Of a DNA stretch of 37,766 nt, positions 1-9,671 are shown piece after piece. A model generated the notes under the pieces. It was not told the DNA's origin. It saw only the letters and a program-made list of their open reading frames with translations, and did no database searches. Location: positions 1-37,766 of the forward strand of contig JAZOLW010000031.1 of NCBI GenBank assembly GCA_045653405.1, given 5' to 3'. The DNA comes from Eubacteriales bacterium. Its GTDB lineage: Bacteria > Bacillota > Clostridia > Oscillospirales > CAG-382. The position numbers and the translations under genes were made by a program. Within the stretch, counting starts at the first letter, position 1; every line of letters starts with the position of its first letter.

Positions 1-3000
1 GGACTTTCCGAGCTTATACTGACACTTGAAAAATACGGCTATACGAGATGCGACACGGTTGAGGGACCGGGACAGTATTCGTCACGAGGAGATATTCTTG
101 ACATATTCATCCCCGATAATGATTATCCCGTAAGACTTGAATTTTTCGGTGACGATCTGGACTCTGCAGGCTTTTTTGACACAATGACACAGCGCAGAAC
201 CGAAAATGTGCAGGAAATTGAAATTACACCCGTCAAAGAGGTGATGATTTCAACCGAAAAACGTGAGTTGCTGTCTGAAAAGATTGACAGCCTGATTGCT
301 TCTGCTCTTAAAAAGAAAAATCAGAAGCTTGCAGAAAAACTGCAGAAAGAAAAGCTGGATGCACAAGCGGGAGAATTTCCCGGTGCTGACAAATATCTGT
401 CATTTATATATGATGAATTCACAACCCTGCTTGACTATGCGGGAGGCCCCGCCTTTGTATGCGACCATCCAAGAGTAAGGGACAGATTAAATTCTTATCT
501 GTGGCAACTTGGTCAGACAGTTACCGACCTTGCCTCTGAGGGCGAAATGTCTCTCAAAGACGGGAAATGGTGCAAGACTTATGAAGATATGAAATATTAT
601 CTGTCAAAGCGCCCGACTGTTGTGACAGATACATTTACAAGCACCCCTGACTTTGAAATATCGGGGCTTTTCGAGTTTACCTCCAAGCAGACAGTGAGCG
701 TGGAGTGCGGACTTGATATACTTTGCGATGACCTTGACGGATATATAAATCACGGATATAAAACTGTTCTTTGTGTAAGAGGTGCGGCACACGCATCCTC
801 CCTTTATGAAATGCTTGAAGAAAAGGGAATAAAGGCGGTTATTTCTTCAGGCGCAGACATTGAGAAAATGTCGGGTAAACACATATATATTATCCCAAAA
901 GATAACCCTGCCGATGAATACACCGGATTTGAACTTACAAAGTCAAAGTTTGCCTTTTTGTGCGAGGATGCATCAACTCAGGGTGCTGCTGCAAGAGCAG
1001 TAAAATCAAATGACAAGGCAAAGAAATCTGCAAAGAAAAAGATACTGTCGTACCTTGAACTGACTGAGGGTGACTATGTTGTTCACGAACAGCACGGAGT
1101 AGGGCAGTATTTGGGAATAAAAACACTGACGGTTGCGGGTGTTACAAGGGATTATATTACCATTAAATATGCAGGAACAGACAGCCTGTATGTACCCTGT
1201 GACCAGCTTGATAAGGTTTCAAAGTATTCGGGCAAAGGCGAAAATGTAGTGCTTTCCAAAATGGGAGGTGCTGAATGGATAAAGAAAAAACAGCGTGCAA
1301 AAAAAGCGGCAAAGGATATGGCAAAGGAGCTTATTGCACTCTATGCCGAAAGAAGCCGCAGACCGGGTTATGCCTTTTCGCCCGATAACGAGTGGCAGAG
1401 AGAATTTGAAGCAGGCTTTGAATATGAGGAAACAGAAGGCCAGCTTGATGCCATAAAGGATATAAAAAGAGATATGGAAAAGCCATGTCCCATGGACAGA
1501 CTTCTCTGCGGAGATGTTGGATTTGGCAAAACTGAGGTTGCACTTCGCGCCGCATTCAAATGCGTAATGGACGGCAAGCAAGCGGCAGTTCTTGTGCCTA
1601 CAACCATACTTGCATTCCAGCATTTCAGAACATTCTCCTCAAGAATGCACGGTTTCCCTATAAAGATAGAAATGCTGTCACGATATGTTTCTCCCAAAAA
1701 GGCAAAAGAGGTGCTGAAGCGCCTTGAATGCGGTGAAACAGACATTGTTGTGGGAACTCACAAAATTCTCGGAAAGAATGTAAAATTCAAGGATTTGGGA
1801 CTGCTTATTGTTGACGAAGAACAGAGATTTGGTGTTGCCCACAAAGAAAGACTTAAAGAAATGTCAAAGCAGGTGGATGTTCTTACACTTACTGCAACCC
1901 CTATTCCCAGAACCTTCAATATGGCGCTAGTGGGAATACGTGATATGTCGGTGCTTGAAGAAGCGCCTGTTGACAGATATCCTGTTCAGACCTATGTTCT
2001 TGAGTATGACCACACCATAATAACCGAGGCAATCAAGAAAGAACTTCGCCGAGGCGGACAGGTCTTTTATATGCATAACAAAGTCGAAGATATAATGACG
2101 GTTGCGGCACACATCAAGGAAGAAGTGCCGGATGCTGTTGTGGCAGTTGCTCACGGACAGATGGACAAAGAGGAGCTTTCGGAAATATGGTATGATATGA
2201 CCGAGGGCAAAATCGACGTTCTTGTCTGCACAACCATTATTGAAACAGGTGTGGATGTACCTAATGCCAACACTCTGATTATAGAGGATGCGGACAAACT
2301 TGGACTTGCACAGCTTCATCAGATTAGAGGCAGAGTAGGTCGTTCAAACAGAAGAGCATATGCATATTTTACGTGGAAGCCTCAGAATATGCTTAACGAA
2401 ATAGCCCAGAAACGTCTTGTTGCCATAAAGGAATTTACGGAGTTCGGTTCAGGCTTCAGAATTGCTATGCGCGACCTTGAAATAAGAGGAGCAGGAAATC
2501 TTCTTGGCGCAGAGCAGTCGGGACATATGGAAGCTGTCGGATACGATATGTTTGTAAAAATTCTCGAACAGGCAGTGCTTGAAGAAAAGGGAGAAGCTCC
2601 GGAAGAAGTAAAAGAATGTGTCATAGACCTTGGTGTCAGCGCATATATTCCCGAAAAGTACATCAAGCGTCCTGCAGGAAGAATTGAGATGTACAAACGT
2701 ATTGCAGAGATTAAATCTCAGGCGGATGCAGATGATGTAACGGATGAAATGACCGACCGTTACGGCGAAATTCCCAAGGAAACCAAAAATCTTATCACAG
2801 TTGCATCTGTAAGAGCGAGATGTACTGCAATCGGCATAGTAAAAGTTGAATACAGAGGGGGAAAACTTGCGGTTTATCCGTCAGATGCGCCCACAAAGGA
2901 ACAGTCTGTGGCTCTTGCAATGAAATTCCCCGGCAAAGTCCTTACTTCCCTCGGAAAAACTCCCTGCTATAATATAAAAGTAAGCAGTGCCGATGAAGCA

Positions 3001-3048
3001 GGGCGTGTTTTGGAGGAAATATTCAAGATTTATTCACCAAAGAATTGA
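1..3048 (+). CDS. mfd: Transcription-repair coupling factor Mfd (5' end cut by window edge)
   Basis: Frame 1 is open from nt 1 (..RGDILDIFIPDNDYPVRLEFFGDDLDS.., UvrB-homology module) and runs into the 184..3048 ORF. It has a CarD/TRCF-type motif (YVVHEQHGVGQY) and SF2 helicase motifs GDVGFGKTEVA, DEEQRFGV and QLHQIRGRVGRS. Confidence 0.95.
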   Translation, partial: GLSELILTLEKYGYTRCDTVEGPGQYSSRGDILDIFIPDNDYPVRLEFFGDDLDSAGFFDTMTQRRTENVQEIEITPVKEVMISTEKRELLSEKIDSLIASALKKKNQKLAEKLQKEKLDAQAGEFPGADKYLSFIYDEFTTLLDYAGGPAFVCDHPRVRDRLNSYLWQLGQTVTDLASEGEMSLKDGKWCKTYEDMKYYLSKRPTVVTDTFTSTPDFEISGLFEFTSKQTVSVECGLDILCDDLDGYINHGYKTVLCVRGAAHASSLYEMLEEKGIKAVISSGADIEKMSGKHIYIIPKDNPADEYTGFELTKSKFAFLCEDASTQGAAARAVKSNDKAKKSAKKKILSYLELTEGDYVVHEQHGVGQYLGIKTLTVAGVTRDYITIKYAGTDSLYVPCDQLDKVSKYSGKGENVVLSKMGGAEWIKKKQRAKKAAKDMAKELIALYAERSRRPGYAFSPDNEWQREFEAGFEYEETEGQLDAIKDIKRDMEKPCPMDRLLCGDVGFGKTEVALRAAFKCVMDGKQAAVLVPTTILAFQHFRTFSSRMHGFPIKIEMLSRYVSPKKAKEVLKRLECGETDIVVGTHKILGKNVKFKDLGLLIVDEEQRFGVAHKERLKEMSKQVDVLTLTATPIPRTFNMALVGIRDMSVLEEAPVDRYPVQTYVLEYDHTIITEAIKKELRRGGQVFYMHNKVEDIMTVAAHIKEEVPDAVVAVAHGQMDKEELSEIWYDMTEGKIDVLVCTTIIETGVDVPNANTLIIEDADKLGLAQLHQIRGRVGRSNRRAYAYFTWKPQNMLNEIAQKRLVAIKEFTEFGSGFRIAMRDLEIRGAGNLLGAEQSGHMEAVGYDMFVKILEQAVLEEKGEAPEEVKECVIDLGVSAYIPEKYIKRPAGRIEMYKRIAEIKSQADADDVTDEMTDRYGEIPKETKNLITVASVRARCTAIGIVKVEYRGGKLAVYPSDAPTKEQSVALAMKFPGKVLTSLGKTPCYNIKVSSADEAGRVLEEIFKIYSPKN

Positions 3049-3118
3049 ATATATATGATAGAATAAATTAGTTATATTATGCCCGCGAAAAAAGGCGAAA
3101 AAAGCAGTTTTAAGGGAG

Positions 3119-4171
3119 ATGGGTACAATGAAAAAAATAATGGCGCTCGTACTTGCGATTGTTATGTGTGCAGGAGTGTTGTGTTCTTGTTCAAATACAG
3201 ATAAAGACACAGCGATGTCCATGGATGGAGGCGGAAAGCTGTCGGTAAACTTTATGTATTTGCTTACTGCTTTTCAGAATACTATGTGGAACGTAACATC
3301 CTATGAGGATTTTGATATTGTAATTAACGAACAAACAGGAGCAACCGTCAACGATTTCTTAAAAGAGCAGGTGAAGAAATCTGCGGAAAGCTCTCTTATC
3401 TGCGAGTATATTCACGACAAGGTTTACGGACTTACTCTTTCTGATGCGCAGAAGCAGGCAATAGACGCTCAGATAGAAAAGTATATCAGTACCGCAGGTT
3501 CAAAACAGCAACTTGAGGGACAACTCTCTGCGTACAGTGCAAACATTGCTACACTTAAAAGATACTTTGAAATCAGCCTGAAGCAGAATAATATTTACAA
3601 TCTGTTTTATGACACAGAGGGAATATATGCAATTCCTGAGGAAACTGTGAAGAAATATTTTGAAGATAACTATGCTATAGTTACTCATATATTTTTTAAT
3701 ACCGCATTCAAGGTCAAGGAAGACGGAACTTATGTTTCGCTGACCGAGGAAGAAATCGAGATAAAAAAACAGGTTGCACAAAATGCATATTCCAACATAC
3801 TTGCGGGAGAAGATTTCTATGCTCTCAGAGAGTATTACACTGAAGATTATACATCTCCCAACGGAATGTTTGTCACAAACGACGGTGAGTACCCCGAGAA
3901 GTTTACGCAGGCAGCCCTTGAAATGAGAGTTGGAGAATACCGTATGGTTGAAACCGAGGGTGCCGGAATACACATTATGTATAAGCTCCCTATGGATGCA
4001 GAGCTTTACAATACGGATGAAACAGTTTACAACAGCATTATGAGTATGCTTATTTCAAAAGATTTTGACACAAGACTTGCCGAGTACAGGGCAAACATCA
4101 AGGTTAATGAGGAGAAGATGGCATTGCTTAATCCGCAGATTGTGCCTGCTTATACCTTAGGTCTGGAATAA
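3119..4171 (+). CDS. PrsA/SurA-like foldase lipoprotein with a degenerate parvulin PPIase domain
   Basis: Signal peptide with lipobox (VLCSC). The C-terminal half resembles a parvulin domain (THIFF.. / GEDFYALREYYTED..NGMF..FTQAALEMRVGEY..GIHIMYKL). A position directly after mfd is typical for Clostridial prsA-like genes. The start could be 3128 (MKKIM). Confidence 0.6.
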   Translation: MGTMKKIMALVLAIVMCAGVLCSCSNTDKDTAMSMDGGGKLSVNFMYLLTAFQNTMWNVTSYEDFDIVINEQTGATVNDFLKEQVKKSAESSLICEYIHDKVYGLTLSDAQKQAIDAQIEKYISTAGSKQQLEGQLSAYSANIATLKRYFEISLKQNNIYNLFYDTEGIYAIPEETVKKYFEDNYAIVTHIFFNTAFKVKEDGTYVSLTEEEIEIKKQVAQNAYSNILAGEDFYALREYYTEDYTSPNGMFVTNDGEYPEKFTQAALEMRVGEYRMVETEGAGIHIMYKLPMDAELYNTDETVYNSIMSMLISKDFDTRLAEYRANIKVNEEKMALLNPQIVPAYTLGLE

Positions 4172-4190
4172 AAGTCAAGGAGGGAAGCAA

Positions 4191-4733
4191 ATGAGGATAT
4201 CCGGTTCAGATGTAAAGAGCAAGGTTTTCTTTTCAGTTCTGTTTGTTATGGGTTTCTTTTTCAGTGCATCGTTTATGCCGTATGTTGCACGGGATTTTTC
4301 GGCGGCAAATATTACCGCAACATCTGATTTGCTTCTTGCCCTCAGTATAGTTTGCGGTATCGTTTACGAAAACAGAAAAGCAGCATCGGTTATAGCCCTT
4401 GTTGCAGGTGTTTTGACAGATATATTCATAACACCTCCTATGCATCTGTCACCAATACTGTTTTTCCTTGCGGCATATTTTGCATCAAAGACGGTCAGCG
4501 TTTTTGTGAGTGTTAATGCGGCAACGGCGGCAGTGTCTGCAATTCCGTTCTGCCTGTTCAGAGCAGTTACGGGAAGTATATACATTATATCAGAAAACAG
4601 CGGTTTAAAATTGGGTACGGTTCTCAAAACCACAATTCTTCCAGAATTTGCCCTTAACATAGTAACGGTATTTTTTGTTTATATAGTTGTGAAATATCTG
4701 TACAAATGGTTTAAAAGAAGATTTTATATATAA
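4191..4733 (+). CDS. Integral membrane protein, function unknown (weak MreD-like pattern)
   Basis: Good RBS (aaggaggg, 7 nt before the ATG). About 5 hydrophobic segments. The GVLTDIF..P..LSPILFFLAAYF pattern is reminiscent of MreD, but no mreBC genes are adjacent. Confidence 0.4.
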   Translation: MRISGSDVKSKVFFSVLFVMGFFFSASFMPYVARDFSAANITATSDLLLALSIVCGIVYENRKAASVIALVAGVLTDIFITPPMHLSPILFFLAAYFASKTVSVFVSVNAATAAVSAIPFCLFRAVTGSIYIISENSGLKLGTVLKTTILPEFALNIVTVFFVYIVVKYLYKWFKRRFYI

Positions 4734-4775
4734 TGTTCTGTCAGTTTAATCCCACAGAGAAAGGAACAGAAATTT

Positions 4776-6020
4776 ATGGAAAAGAAGTTTAATGCGGTTG
4801 TAGGTCAGTCCGGCGGACCAACCTGTGCCATCAACGCGACCCTTGCCGGTGTGATTTCAGGCTGTATTGATGCGGCGGCAAAGGGAAAAATTGATAAGAT
4901 TTACGGTATGAGAAACGGTGTGGAAGGCTTCCTCAAAGAAGATTTCGCAGACCTTGGAGAACGCTTTAAGAATAAAGAAGAACTTGACCTTCTCTGTATG
5001 ACACCTGCGTCAGCTCTCGGTTCCTGCAGACTGAAACTCAAAGAGGAGTCACAGCTTGAAAAGGTGTTTGAAATAATTGAACGAAACAGTATCAAGTACT
5101 TTTTCTACATAGGCGGAAACGACAGTATGGATGCTGTTGCAAAGCTGGATAAGTATAAGAAAGAACATCCTGAAGCAAATCCTACGGATACCTGCTTTAT
5201 AGGTGTGCCTAAGACTATTGATAATGATCTGTGCTGTACCGATCATACACCGGGCTTTGGCTCTGCTGCAAAGTATATTACAACCTCCCTTGCAGAAATG
5301 GCAAGAGACTGCGCAGTGTACAAGCTCAAGGCAGTGACTATAATTGAAATAATGGGACGTGATGCAGGATGGCTTACAGCTTCAGCGGCACTTACAAAGG
5401 AAATCTGCGGACTTGGTGCAGACCTTATATATCTTCCCGAAAAGGCGTTTGATACAGAAAAATTCATAGCAGATCTGAACAATCTGCTGGCAAAACCCGA
5501 TAAAAGCAGTGTAATTGTTGCTGTTTCCGAGGGAATAAGAGATAAAAACGGAGAATATGTTGCAAAGGCGGCTATGAGCGGCGTTGTAGACAGCTTCGGA
5601 CACGCATATCTTGCAGGAACAGGCAAGTATCTCGAAAACCTCGTGCGTGACAAAATCGGATGCAAGTGCCGCAGTGTTGAACTGAACATCCTCCAGAGAT
5701 GTGCATCCCACATTGCTTCAAAGACTGACATTGACGAGTCATTTGCAATCGGAAGTGCGGCGGCAGAGGCGGCTTGTAGCGGCAAGAGTGGAAGAATGAT
5801 GGTGTTTGTAAGAGATGAAAAGGACGGGGCGTATTCCGTACATATTGAAGATGCAGATATTTCAGGTGCAGCAAATAATGTAAAGACAGTTCCCGATGAA
5901 TATATAACTGCAGATGGAACAGGCATTACAGAGGCGGGAATAGCGTACCTCAAACCCCTTATTCAGGGCGAATGCACTACAAATTACAAAGACGGTCTGC
6001 CTGTGCATATAGTGATTTAG
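4776..6020 (+). CDS. pfp: Pyrophosphate-dependent 6-phosphofructokinase
   Basis: PFK motifs GGPTCAINA, IGGNDSMD, GVPKTIDNDL and MGRDAGWL. The Asp in GGNDS and the Lys in PKTIDND are the residues classically associated with PPi rather than ATP specificity. Confidence 0.85.
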   Translation: MEKKFNAVVGQSGGPTCAINATLAGVISGCIDAAAKGKIDKIYGMRNGVEGFLKEDFADLGERFKNKEELDLLCMTPASALGSCRLKLKEESQLEKVFEIIERNSIKYFFYIGGNDSMDAVAKLDKYKKEHPEANPTDTCFIGVPKTIDNDLCCTDHTPGFGSAAKYITTSLAEMARDCAVYKLKAVTIIEIMGRDAGWLTASAALTKEICGLGADLIYLPEKAFDTEKFIADLNNLLAKPDKSSVIVAVSEGIRDKNGEYVAKAAMSGVVDSFGHAYLAGTGKYLENLVRDKIGCKCRSVELNILQRCASHIASKTDIDESFAIGSAAAEAACSGKSGRMMVFVRDEKDGAYSVHIEDADISGAANNVKTVPDEYITADGTGITEAGIAYLKPLIQGECTTNYKDGLPVHIVI

Positions 6021-6103
6021 TATATAATAAATTATTATTATATGCAAAATGCTTAAATTTGCTCTTTGAGTATGGGCAAAAGTTACAAAAAAATATATGA
6101 ATA

Positions 6104-6132
6104 TTGACATCGTAGGTTTGTTGGTGTAAAAT
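6104..6132 (+). promoter_or_regulatory. Sigma-A type promoter for the solute-binding lipoprotein gene
   Basis: TTGACA (6104..6109), 17-nt spacer, TAAAAT (6127..6132). Confidence 0.55.
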
Positions 6133-6201
6133 ATTAGATAGACAAAATATGCAAAATCGCAGATGTACTGCGAAATTATTATCGGGAGGCTCCGTAAATC
6201 A

Positions 6202-7953
6202 ATGACAAAGAAGATTTTAGCATTGGTATTTGCAGCTGTTATGATGCTTACAGCTGTAATGTCAACAGGTTGCGCTAATGGCGACAATAGTGACGAGAAT
6301 GAACTCAGCGGTATTGTTACCCTTAATATGTTCGTTATCACAGAAGAAGAAACCAGCCAGACTGCAGCAAAAGAAGTGCAGATGGCAATTAACGAAATTA
6401 CAGTTCCCCAGTACAAGATGCTGGTGAAAATAAACTATCTGACAGCTGATGAGTACTGGGATGTTGTAGAAAGCACAGAAGCTGAAACAATCAAGTACAC
6501 AGAAGAAAAGAGAGCAGCAGCTGCGGCAGGCACAACACCTGTTGCTGTTGAAGAAGACGAAGAAGCTCTCAAGTCAATTGACAAGATGACATTCAACGAA
6601 GCAATCGACTATGTATTCGATATTGATGATGTTGAACTTGAAAATCCCCAGATTGACGTACTTGTTGTTGACGATTACGATAAATTCGTTCAGCTTGTTG
6701 AAGAAGAACGTGTTTCTGAAATTGACATAAAGTATGACAGAAAGATTGTTACAAAGTACATACATCCCCTTATTCTTTCATCAACATCAGTTAACAAGAA
6801 GACTTACGGTATTCCTACAAACTTTGTTATAGACGGCGAGTATGAATTCCTTGTATACAACAAGAATCTTCTTGACAAGTACGGATATTCCGTACAGCAG
6901 CTCAGAAACATTGAGGATATGGGTGAATATTTTGCTCTTATCAAGGCTAACGAACCCGGTGTATATCCCATTTCAGACATCCCCGAACTTGCGGGAGCGG
7001 AAATATACAACAACATTCTGTTCTCACAGTCAGAATATGGCAAAGTTGCCGGTTCAAGCAACCCTGTTTATATGAGTAACGTTGCATATATGAATTATCT
7101 GAACGCAGCGGGCGAATTCAGAAAGAGCGGTTATGTAGCATCATTTGACGGTGTTGAAGATGCAGAATATGCAATTGAATATGTTACATCAAAAGAAATC
7201 ATTGAACGTGAAACAACAGAAAACGGAGTTACCTATCAGGCATACCTCTACGATATACCCAGAGTAACAGCAGATGATGCATTCAAGTCTGCAATGTGTG
7301 TAAGTGCATATTCACTCAACAAGGCGAAAGCCGCTGAACTTATAGAACTGTTTACAATTGATGCAGAACTTGCAAATCTTCTCCAGTACGGTATCGAAGG
7401 CAAGCACTACAGAGTGGAAGACGGTATTGTATCCTATATTGAAACAGATGAAGAAGATACATACAGAATGAACAATCTTCTTACAGGAAATGTATACATC
7501 AAGTACGCAACAGAAGAAACCGCAGACTATATCGAAACTGCAAAGGATTTCAATCTCGGAACCGTTCCCAGCACATTTTTCGGATATAATCCTTCCTTTG
7601 ATGACGTGGCATCACAGTCAATATTTGAATGTGTAGAAGCTTTCTCAGAGACAGCCCTTGAAAAGCTTGAAAGCGGAGAGATGACAGTTGACGAAGTATT
7701 CAACGTAGCAGGCAAGCAGCTTAACGCGCTTGGCTGTGTATGGAATGAATCAGGCTCTGCTCTCCTTGGCGTATTCGGTAAGGTAAGTGCAACACAGCAG
7801 GCAACAGCAGCACTGCACGCTAACTCTTTCATAATTCCCGAAGAAGTACTCACTTATAACGATGTGTATAAGTCAGAAGCGGAAATTGAAACTGAGATTG
7901 TAGCAGAGGAAGAAAAGGCTGTTGAAGAAGCAGAAACTCCTGTGGCAGAATAA
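6202..7953 (+). CDS. Large extracellular solute-binding lipoprotein (ABC-transporter SBP family); no adjacent permease or ATPase
   Basis: I prefer ATG 6202 (MTKKILALVFAAV..STGC lipobox) over the track start 6163. Its size (about 583 aa) and sequence are typical of large family-1 SBPs of Firmicutes. The C-terminal tail is acidic. Confidence 0.7.
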   Translation: MTKKILALVFAAVMMLTAVMSTGCANGDNSDENELSGIVTLNMFVITEEETSQTAAKEVQMAINEITVPQYKMLVKINYLTADEYWDVVESTEAETIKYTEEKRAAAAAGTTPVAVEEDEEALKSIDKMTFNEAIDYVFDIDDVELENPQIDVLVVDDYDKFVQLVEEERVSEIDIKYDRKIVTKYIHPLILSSTSVNKKTYGIPTNFVIDGEYEFLVYNKNLLDKYGYSVQQLRNIEDMGEYFALIKANEPGVYPISDIPELAGAEIYNNILFSQSEYGKVAGSSNPVYMSNVAYMNYLNAAGEFRKSGYVASFDGVEDAEYAIEYVTSKEIIERETTENGVTYQAYLYDIPRVTADDAFKSAMCVSAYSLNKAKAAELIELFTIDAELANLLQYGIEGKHYRVEDGIVSYIETDEEDTYRMNNLLTGNVYIKYATEETADYIETAKDFNLGTVPSTFFGYNPSFDDVASQSIFECVEAFSETALEKLESGEMTVDEVFNVAGKQLNALGCVWNESGSALLGVFGKVSATQQATAALHANSFIIPEEVLTYNDVYKSEAEIETEIVAEEEKAVEEAETPVAE

Positions 7954-8040
7954 ACAAAGCAGGAAGTTGTAGAGGAAAATACTGCTGAAATTTCTGAAGA
8001 AGTTACTTCCGAAGCATAAAACAGAAAATTAAGTTTTTAA

Positions 8041-8068
8041 GACTGCGGTTTTTACCGCAGTCTTTTTT
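8041..8068 (+). terminator. Rho-independent terminator
   Basis: Perfect 9-bp stem GACTGCGGT / ACCGCAGTC, loop TTTT, followed by TTTTTT. Confidence 0.85.
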
Positions 8069-8137
8069 ACTGCCGTGAAACAGAGACGTATTTAAAAATT
8101 CCAAAGAATAATACATAAATGTTTATAAAATACCCGA

Positions 8138-8166
8138 TTGACACAAAAGATATAATTTGATAAAAT
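8138..8166 (+). promoter_or_regulatory. Sigma-A type promoter upstream of dnaA
   Basis: TTGACA (8138..8143), 17-nt spacer, TAAAAT (8161..8166). Confidence 0.6.
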
Positions 8167-8207
8167 ATATAATGAAGTATTATCGACGAAAGGAAAGGGA
8201 AAGACGT

Positions 8208-9638
8208 ATGAACGAAAGAGATATTTGGAAGCTTGTCATTGAAAATATGCAGAATAATAACGGCTTCTCAGACCTCACAATAGAACTGTGGTTCAGCCGT
8301 ATGAATATGGAAAAGCTCACACCCGATACAGCATATTTCAGCACTGATAACAATCTGGTTAAAGATATAGTTGAGAATAAATATGCGGAATTTATTCGTA
8401 AGGAGCTTGCAGAGGTTCTGGGATTTGATGTGGAAATAGTTATACTCTCCTGTGAAAAGGAACCTTTTGAGCAACAGTACACAAGACTTATCAACAAGCA
8501 GGAATCGGATAAGATACTTGAAGTTTCAAAGATGCTTGATGTAAGCGGCGGTGTAACGGAAGAAAGCAAAGAAGAAATTATCGGTACGGAAGAAGAAAAT
8601 GCAGATGCTCTTGTTTCACCTGTAATGCCCTATACATTTGACAGCTTTGTTGTTGGCGGGTCAAACCATTATGCTTATAATATAGCAATGTCTGTTGCAA
8701 AAAAGCCTGCACTTATAGCAAACCCCCTGTTCCTGTATGGTGCACCCGGACTCGGAAAAACACATCTTCTTTACGCTATTACAAATGAAATAAAGAAAAA
8801 TCATCCTGATTATAATATTATATATACAAAGGGCGTTGATTTTACTAACGAATTGGTAGAAGCAATTACAAACGGAACAACAATTCTGTTCAGAGAAAAG
8901 TTTAGAAATGCAGATGTTTTCCTTGTGGACGATATTCAGTTTATTGCAGACAAGAAAAGCACACAGGAAGAATTTTTCCATACATACGAAATGCTGTTTG
9001 AAGCAGGAAAGCAGATAATTGTTGCGGCAGACCGTTTGCCCAAGGATATCAAAGCCCTAGCGGAAAGACTGCGTTCTCGTTTTGAACACGGTATTATTGC
9101 GGATATCCAGCCCCCCGACCTTGAATTGAGAGTTGCAATTGCCAAGAGAAAGGCACAGCATCTCGGAATGCAGGTTCCAAATAACGTGCTTATATATCTC
9201 GGCGAAAATATCAAGGATAATATAAGACAGATAGAGGGAGCTCTCAAGAAAATGAGAGCTATGGCATATATTCAGGGTACTGACGTAAGTATGGAACACG
9301 CAAAGGCGGTGGTTTCGGATATACTTACCGCAAAAGCGGCAGCTGTTACCCCCGAAAAGGTAATTACATATGTGTCACAGAAATACAATATTCCATTTGA
9401 GGATATTGTCGGAAAGAGAAAGACAGATGCAATAGCATCCGCAAGACAGATAGCGGTATTTTTACTGCGTGAGCTTACCGAAATGTCACACGCAAATGTG
9501 GGTAAAGTGTTTAACAGAGACCATTCAACAGTGGTGTCATCTGTAAATAAAATTAAGGAACGTATGAATGATGACCCTGCGTTTGAAGCAGAAATCGAAG
9601 ATATGATGAAGGATTTACGTTCAGTTGCGGAGTATTAA
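8208..9638 (+). CDS. dnaA: Chromosomal replication initiator protein DnaA
   Basis: Start at ATG 8208 (MNERDIWKLV) behind a purine-rich RBS. Domain I is present. AAA+ motifs: FDSFVVGGSNHYAY, GAPGLGKTHLL, VFLVDDIQF. Domain IV: RKTDAIASARQIAVFLLRELT..RDHSTVVSS. Confidence 0.93.
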   Translation: MNERDIWKLVIENMQNNNGFSDLTIELWFSRMNMEKLTPDTAYFSTDNNLVKDIVENKYAEFIRKELAEVLGFDVEIVILSCEKEPFEQQYTRLINKQESDKILEVSKMLDVSGGVTEESKEEIIGTEEENADALVSPVMPYTFDSFVVGGSNHYAYNIAMSVAKKPALIANPLFLYGAPGLGKTHLLYAITNEIKKNHPDYNIIYTKGVDFTNELVEAITNGTTILFREKFRNADVFLVDDIQFIADKKSTQEEFFHTYEMLFEAGKQIIVAADRLPKDIKALAERLRSRFEHGIIADIQPPDLELRVAIAKRKAQHLGMQVPNNVLIYLGENIKDNIRQIEGALKKMRAMAYIQGTDVSMEHAKAVVSDILTAKAAAVTPEKVITYVSQKYNIPFEDIVGKRKTDAIASARQIAVFLLRELTEMSHANVGKVFNRDHSTVVSSVNKIKERMNDDPAFEAEIEDMMKDLRSVAEY

Positions 9639-9671
9639 GAAAAAAGCGGAACAGAAAGGAGAGGTTTAACA

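Noticed and set aside
5243-5953. Long antisense ORFs inside well-supported genes. Examples: 5243..5953 (236 aa) opposite pfp, 20121..20633 opposite uxuA, 22497..23150 opposite the OYE gene, 37127..37681 opposite the GNAT gene, 24400..24936 opposite rnfC.
   Set aside because: These are shadow ORFs. They have no RBS, their composition is low-complexity or biased (S/A/C/R-rich), and the opposite-strand proteins have unmistakable family motifs.
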